A stretch of 63,489 bases of DNA, counting the filler, from Reclinomonas americana ATCC 50394 (Eukaryota): NCBI GenBank assembly GCA_048213135.1. It is 28 parts of 28 records of this genome, joined end to end, with 100 filler letters (N's around TTAATTAATTAA, not from the genome) between each part and the next. Parts side by side here need not be neighbours in the genome. Positions count along the whole stretch, not along the records: positions 56,288 to 59,415 come from AFZH01024707.1; positions 59,516 to 60,924 come from AFZH01024708.1; positions 61,025 to 62,104 come from AFZH01024710.1; positions 62,205 to 63,489 come from AFZH01024712.1; 24 more parts are not named here. The stretch is one strand, 5' to 3'. Under the pieces are notes generated by a model, which ran no database searches, was not told the origin of the DNA, and worked only from the letters and a program-made list of their open reading frames with translations. The position numbers were made by a program, and so were the translations under genes. Position 1 is the stretch's first letter. Each line of letters starts with the position of its first letter. Below are positions 58,008-63,489 of this stretch, one piece after another.

Positions 58008-59415
58008 ATGGAGTACGACAGCGGGCACGGCGACTATGAGCGCGACATGTCGCCACCACCCGTGTCGGGCGGTGCAGCCTCGTCGCGATCGCGCAGCATT
58101 CTGGGCCACCCCGACGACGATGCACGGCTGGACGGGTGGCTGCGCTCGCATCTTGAACCCATGTGCGTGCGCTTCTCTCTCTCCGTCTCTCTCTGCGACA
58201 TGTCTGACTTGCAACACACTCGCAGCTCGGATGCAGAGCCGTCGACGCTGGCCAACCTCGTCAAGGCCCTGTTGAAGCCGGAGCGCATTGATGATGCAGA
58301 TCACCGGCGTCGCCTCTCAAACGAGCTCAAGGACTTTGTGTCGGATCCGCATCGTTGCGTCACCCCCCGCCGAGCGTAGTGTGTGTTGCCGGCACTGCAT
58401 TCTCATGCGGTTCACGGTGGGCGGTGCAGATGCTGATCGGTTTGTGGATGAGCTGGCCGAGGCGATTCACTCGCGGCGTTTCTCGCGCACCAGCAGTGCC
58501 GTCGGTGGTGCTTCTTCGTCGTCGTCGTCATCATCATCGCGACGGCCGTATGTGAGCGAGCGCGACCGGTCGGCAGGGCGGCGCGACACCTGGCGGCGAT
58601 CGGAGCGTGGCTCGAGCCGCGAGCGCGACAAGCGACGACGCAGTCCGTCTCCGCAGAACGGCTACGGGCGGGTGAGCGATGACCACGATGCTGGTGCGCC
58701 GTACAAGCGCGCACGCAGTTATCGCAGTCGGTCGCGGTCGCCGCCGCCCACCTCGGCTACGCGGCGTGGAGGTGACCAACACGGCGCACCGCCACCAAGT
58801 TGCGTGGCAGAGTTGCTTGTTTTTTTTCCTCAGCATGTCGACAGGGGCTCACTCCACCTGTCCGCAGTCCACGTGGGCGAGTCCGACAAGGACGGCGGTG
58901 GTGACATTGTGCCGTACGATCCCGAGTCGCCATCCATCGCCGCCGTGTCGCCATCGGCGGGTGAGGGTGGTGCTGCAGCAGGTCAATTGCAGCAGCAACA
59001 GCAGCAACAGCAGCAGCAACAACAACAACAACACCATGGTGGTCCACCGCACATGCACCAGCCGGGTGGCACACCGTTTTATGCTGGCCCCCCGGGTGCG
59101 TATCTCGGCGGGCGTCCGCCCGGCTTTGCCCCCATGTACATGCCACGAGGAGGGCTTGAGATGTACAGATATCCGCCTGGCGGCATGATTGGTGTGCATC
59201 CAGCAGCCGCCTACAGAATGGGACGCAATGGCCCGGCCGACGCCGGTGGTCCCGAGGGCGGACCACCGATGATGAGTGCGCCTGGTGGCGGCATGCTCAT
59301 GGGAGCTCCGCACGGTCCGCCTATGATGTACGCAGGTGGTGGAGGTCGGGGACGCGGGCGCGATGGCATGTGGAATGGATCCATGAGAGGCTCACGGCGC
59401 TCGTCGCAAGGAAAC
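58008..59415 (+). CDS. RBM26: RBM26/RBM27-like PWI-domain protein, 3' partial
   Basis: LDGWLRSHLEPI|SDAEPSTLANLVKALLK..LKDFV..FVDELAEAI, an RS-rich region, and YDPESPSI. Confidence 0.8.
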
Positions 59416-59515
59416 NNNNNNNNNNNNNNNNNNNNNNNNNNNNNNNNNNNNNNNNNNNNTTAATTAATTAANNNNNNNNNNNNNNNNNNNNNNNNNNNNN
59501 NNNNNNNNNNNNNNN

Positions 59516-59882
59516 GCTCCGCCGTCACCGCCATGATGTCGCGCTGCTCGAAGCTGACATTGCTCAATCCGAGCTCTGCCGCTTCCGCCTTGGCACGTGC
59601 GATCGCCCGCCCGCTCAGGTCGATGCCGACGAGCCTGGCGCCTGCGCATTGCAGCGCCATCGGGATCAGGTTACCGCCGCTGCCGCAGCCGAGCTCCAGC
59701 ACCCGCATCGTCGCGGTCGGCGCCGGATTCATGCCGTGGATATGCGCGATCGTCGCCAGATGCGCCGGATGCGTCTGCGAGAAGGCGTGCCCGGGATAGG
59801 CGACCGCGTCATAGGGGTTCGTCGCCAGGTCCTTCATCGCCAAGTCTTTCATCGCCAAGTCTTTCATGGCCATGTCGTTCAT
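59516..59882 (-). CDS. Class I SAM methyltransferase (regulatory-domain type), 5' part
   Basis: YDAVAYP..QTHP..RVLELGCGSGGNLIPMA..GIDLS. Confidence 0.88.
59822..59881 (-). repeat. 15-bp in-frame tandem repeat, 4 units, encoding MNDMA/MKDLA
   Basis: tcgccaagtctttca-type units at 59822, 59837, 59852 and 59867. Confidence 0.85.
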
Positions 59883-59932
59883 CGAGGAATTCCGTCTATC
59901 CCGTTCGTATCGTTGCAGGTTCCGCGACGCCG

Positions 59933-60924
59933 TCAGCAGCCGATCACCTTGAACTCGACCCGGCGGTCGAGCGCATCGCTGGCGTCGTCCTTGCCCGTGC
60001 CGACGAGGTTCTCGTTATAGCCGCGCCCGCTCGCGATCATCCGGCCACGGCTGTCGGGCGCACCCGCCTGGAGCAGATCCATCACATATTGCGCCCGCAG
60101 CACCGAAAGCCGCTCGTTCACCTGCGGCAGGCCGGTGCGCGAAGTGTGGCCGACGATCTCGAGGCAGGCGCCCTTCTGCTGGGCACGGGTCGCGATCTGG
60201 CTCAGCCACATCGGATAAGGCCCGGTGATCTCAGGATTGGCGATGAACTGGGTCGAGCCGGGCTGGAACAGCAGCTTGACCATCAGCTGGTTGCCGGAGA
60301 GGCCGCTGTCGACGAGATCGCCGAAGGCCTCGACCGCATCGTCCTTGCGCCCGAGCTTGCTGCTGGCGAGATAGGCGCCGATGCGGACGCGGTGCTGGTC
60401 GCCACCCGGCAGTGTCCGCGCCGTCCGGTAGAAGGCGAGCGCCTCGCGATAATGCCGCGCCTCGTATTCGAGGATGCCGTCATTGATCAGCGCGGCGACG
60501 TTGAGGCGCTCGGCATAGAGCGGATCGATCGCGTCGCCGAGCTTCGTGCCCTGGCAGGTCTTGATATAGGCTTCGGTCGCCGGATCCTTCGACCACATCG
60601 GCGAGTCCCGGTAATAGGTCGTCGGGGTGACGTCGACGCCCTCGGGCTTGGCCCGGGCGACGCCCTTCGACACCACCCGCTTCGATTTCATGTCCAGCAG
60701 CGTCAGGCAGATCCGGTAGGCGTCGCGCGTGCCCTTCGCGTCTCCGGCATTGTTGACCGCGGTGAAGGTCCCGACCAGCACCGCGGGATTGCGCGCCAAC
60801 GCCTCGGCCGAGAAAGGCTGCACCTGGAAGCGCGGATAGGATTTGCCGACCAGCTCGATCAGGCTCTGCTGCATCGAGCGTGTCGAGGTCGATTGTGCGC
60901 CGGAGACGCCGTCGATCAATGGAT
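59933..60924 (-). CDS. OmpA-family protein (alphaproteobacterial), 5' partial
   Basis: LEIVGHTS..NERLSVLRA..GRG..DRRVEF. Confidence 0.88.
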
Positions 60925-61024
60925 NNNNNNNNNNNNNNNNNNNNNNNNNNNNNNNNNNNNNNNNNNNNTTAATTAATTAANNNNNNNNNNNNNNNNNNNN
61001 NNNNNNNNNNNNNNNNNNNNNNNN

Positions 61025-62104
61025 ACTCGGTACACGTTATTCCACCGCTGTGGGGTTTGGCACTACAGGCTGGCAGCCGCAAAGACTGGAAGACACACGA
61101 TGAGCTGATTGAGAGGTGTCTTGAACTGGTACGTGTGGTGTGGCGATGCACAGCAACAGCATAGGTCGCTGACCTCCGGTCCTCTTGCACGTCGCAGCGA
61201 CGACAGAGCGCCACAGCCTCCCAGTCGGCGTTCCGCATTCTTTCGACTTTTATTTCGTCGCTGCAGGTACACTCGCCACCACCCCGTGACATTCGCGACA
61301 CAACAGTTCCATTCATCAGTTCCGCACAGAGTCGCAAGGACTATGTGCGAGGAGAGCAGTGCGCCCGCGAGCTCATTGCACTGGCGCACTCGCTGGTGGA
61401 GCAGCGCACAGGGGGTACCAACTCTGCAGATACTCCCGGTGGTGATGCTGGAGAGGCCAAGACCGGTGAAGACGATCCAGTGACACAGGCCGAGGTGTAC
61501 CTGGCGGCAGTCATGCGCGAATCCGGCCGCATCGAAGAGAGTCTGAGGATTTTGGCAGAGGCTGAGGAGCGCTGTTGCGTCCAGATGCACGCTGCCTGTG
61601 CGACCATCACTTTTCGTATTGCTCACTTGAGCGGTGCAACACAGGCACGCGTGCAGGAACATTGGAGTCTGCAGATTTTAGCGCGGTACTTCTCGCGCGC
61701 TCTCTCGCACTGCGCAAGGATAAGCGCCACGCCGAGGCTGCCGCTGCGTTCCAGCGTACCGCGCAACTGCTCCGTCGCAATTACCCAACCAATGCCGCAC
61801 TACCAGTGGCGCTCATCAACGCTGCGTGGAACCAGCGTGAACTTGGCGACACGCCAGGTGCTGTGCGGCTGATGGAAGGTGCGAGGAGCGCAAGTGCATT
61901 CGCCCGTTTTGCTCCACAGGCTGACATGTGTATGTTTTGCTGCAGAGGCGCACGAAGTACGCGCCGCCAACTTGGGTCGCCGAGCACCGCTCACCATCAA
62001 TGTGTTGCTCGATGTTGCGCGAATGCATGTGTTGAACAAGGACAAGGCCAGCGAGGAGCGCGTACTGCGCCAGGCTATTGCTATATGTGAGAATGAGCCG
62101 GCAA
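61025..62104 (+). CDS. TPR-repeat protein, eukaryotic spliced fragment
   Basis: YLAAVMRESGRIEES, ARSLALRKDKRHAEA and LRQAIAICE helical repeats. Confidence 0.6.
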
Positions 62105-62204
62105 NNNNNNNNNNNNNNNNNNNNNNNNNNNNNNNNNNNNNNNNNNNNTTAATTAATTAANNNNNNNNNNNNNNNNNNNNNNNNNNNNNNNNNNNNNNNN
62201 NNNN

Positions 62205-62626
62205 GAATCTTGATGAGCTTCGAGGGCTTGATGATCAGAATCATGCCGACGAGCACAAAGGCGCCGAGCAGGGCGACGCCGGTGCCCATGAGTCCGAGGC
62301 TCTGCGGTTGATGAGGAGAAGGGCGAGGGTGCAAAGGAGAGAGATGAGGGAGTGGGCAGTGCACATCAAAGGTGATGAAGCAAGGCAGGAATTACGACAC
62401 ACAAAGCATGTGCACCAACAAGAGAAACACAGGCGCGCTGCCCCTCTTCAGGAGTCGGGAGCACAACGTACCCGACGACCGATAGCCAGGTTGTTCGTGC
62501 CCTCGGGAATTCCCGACAAGCCGCACAGCGGAGCGCTGGTGATACTGCGTGACGCACAACAAGCGAGTGAGAACTCACGAGCATCCTCCAACTTTCTGAC
62601 TCGCTGCGTTCTGTCTTGCTCGACAA

Positions 62627-62670
<44 letters not shown>

Positions 62671-63308
62671 ACGTGAGTGCGACTGTGCACATGCGAATGC
62701 GAATGCGACGGCGGTGATAAGCGATCACACGACAGGCACTCTCACACGCAAGCTGTACAGGAGGCGAACAAAGAAAAAGAGAGAGAGAGAAAGAGAGATC
62801 CCTTCGCTTCCCTACAGCATCTGCACTTTGAGCGTGATATCTCTCCCTATCTCTCTCTTTCCCTCTCTATCATTCCCTCTCGCCCGCGCAACGTCGTCAA
62901 GCACGTCTCCATCGCCAACAACCCAAATCGCCACTGCTCACTCTGCCCGGTCGTCACCAGCTCCGCATACTGCACACACCGAGTGAAACCACTGAGAAGA
63001 GGAAGAAGAAACCACCAGGAAAGCACGAATGCGCAACTCTCCAGTCATGCATGTAGAGCTGCATTAATCACAATGAGTGAATGATGATCGAATATTGCAA
63101 TGTGATTCTCTCTCTCTCTGTTGCTCTCTGTGTGTGTGCGTGTGTGTGAAAGACACAAACGGAGAGAGAGTGAGCGTGTGTGCGCGCGAGAGAGGCAGTG
63201 CATGCGTCATGGTCAAGTCGCACATAATGTCGGAAGAACCGCACACGGGAAAACCAAACAAAGAGACACTCGCCTCTCTCTCTCCTCTCACACACACACA
63301 CACACACA

Positions 63309-63339
<31 letters not shown>

Positions 63340-63466
63340 TGGCACGCGCGCACATACACCTCACCATGACACCCGCCAAAATCACGCACACAGCCGTGGC
63401 CACCACAACCGCCACCGTCCACGGTCGCTCTTGCTCCGGTCCACGTGAAGGCTTCCGCTCGTACAT
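62205..63466 (-). CDS. Hypothetical membrane protein, multi-exon, partial
   Basis: Two hydrophobic segments (VAVVVATAVCVILAGVMV; LLGAFVLVGMILII). Microsatellite-filled introns. Confidence 0.45.
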
Positions 63467-63489
63467 TAGAAGAGGAGGAAGAGGGATCG

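Overview
This window is not a contiguous locus. It is 28 short contigs joined by 27 artificial 100-bp linkers (44 N + TTAATTAATTAA + 44 N, which has stops in all six frames). At least three genomes are mixed. (1) An intron-rich, microsatellite-rich, GC-rich unicellular eukaryote that appears to use the standard code: UVRAG, U1A/U2B'', ETFA, COX20, sirtuin, TKL kinase, QPRT, RRP4, RBM26/27, EF-hand, PH, TPR and FN3 proteins, plus transposon-like pieces. (2) A high-GC actinobacterium, Microbacterium-like: metQNI, peptide and sugar ABC transporters, GH130, tRNA-Pro, ArsR/SRPBCC, FitAB-like toxin-antitoxin pair. (3) An alphaproteobacterium, Bosea/Hyphomicrobiales-like: integrase at tRNA-Ala, yggT/yggU, beta-carbonic anhydrase, OmpA. 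The best observation is a complete U6 snRNA nested in the sense orientation inside an unusually long first intron of the exosome gene RRP4, which sits head-to-head with RBM26/27. Also notable are an actinobacterial orphan gene bracketed by two tRNA-Val 3'-end fragments (cassette-like) and a possible orphan-immunity cluster downstream of tRNA-Pro. Taxon and family assignments come from recalled motifs, not database searches. Most eukaryotic gene boundaries are approximate.
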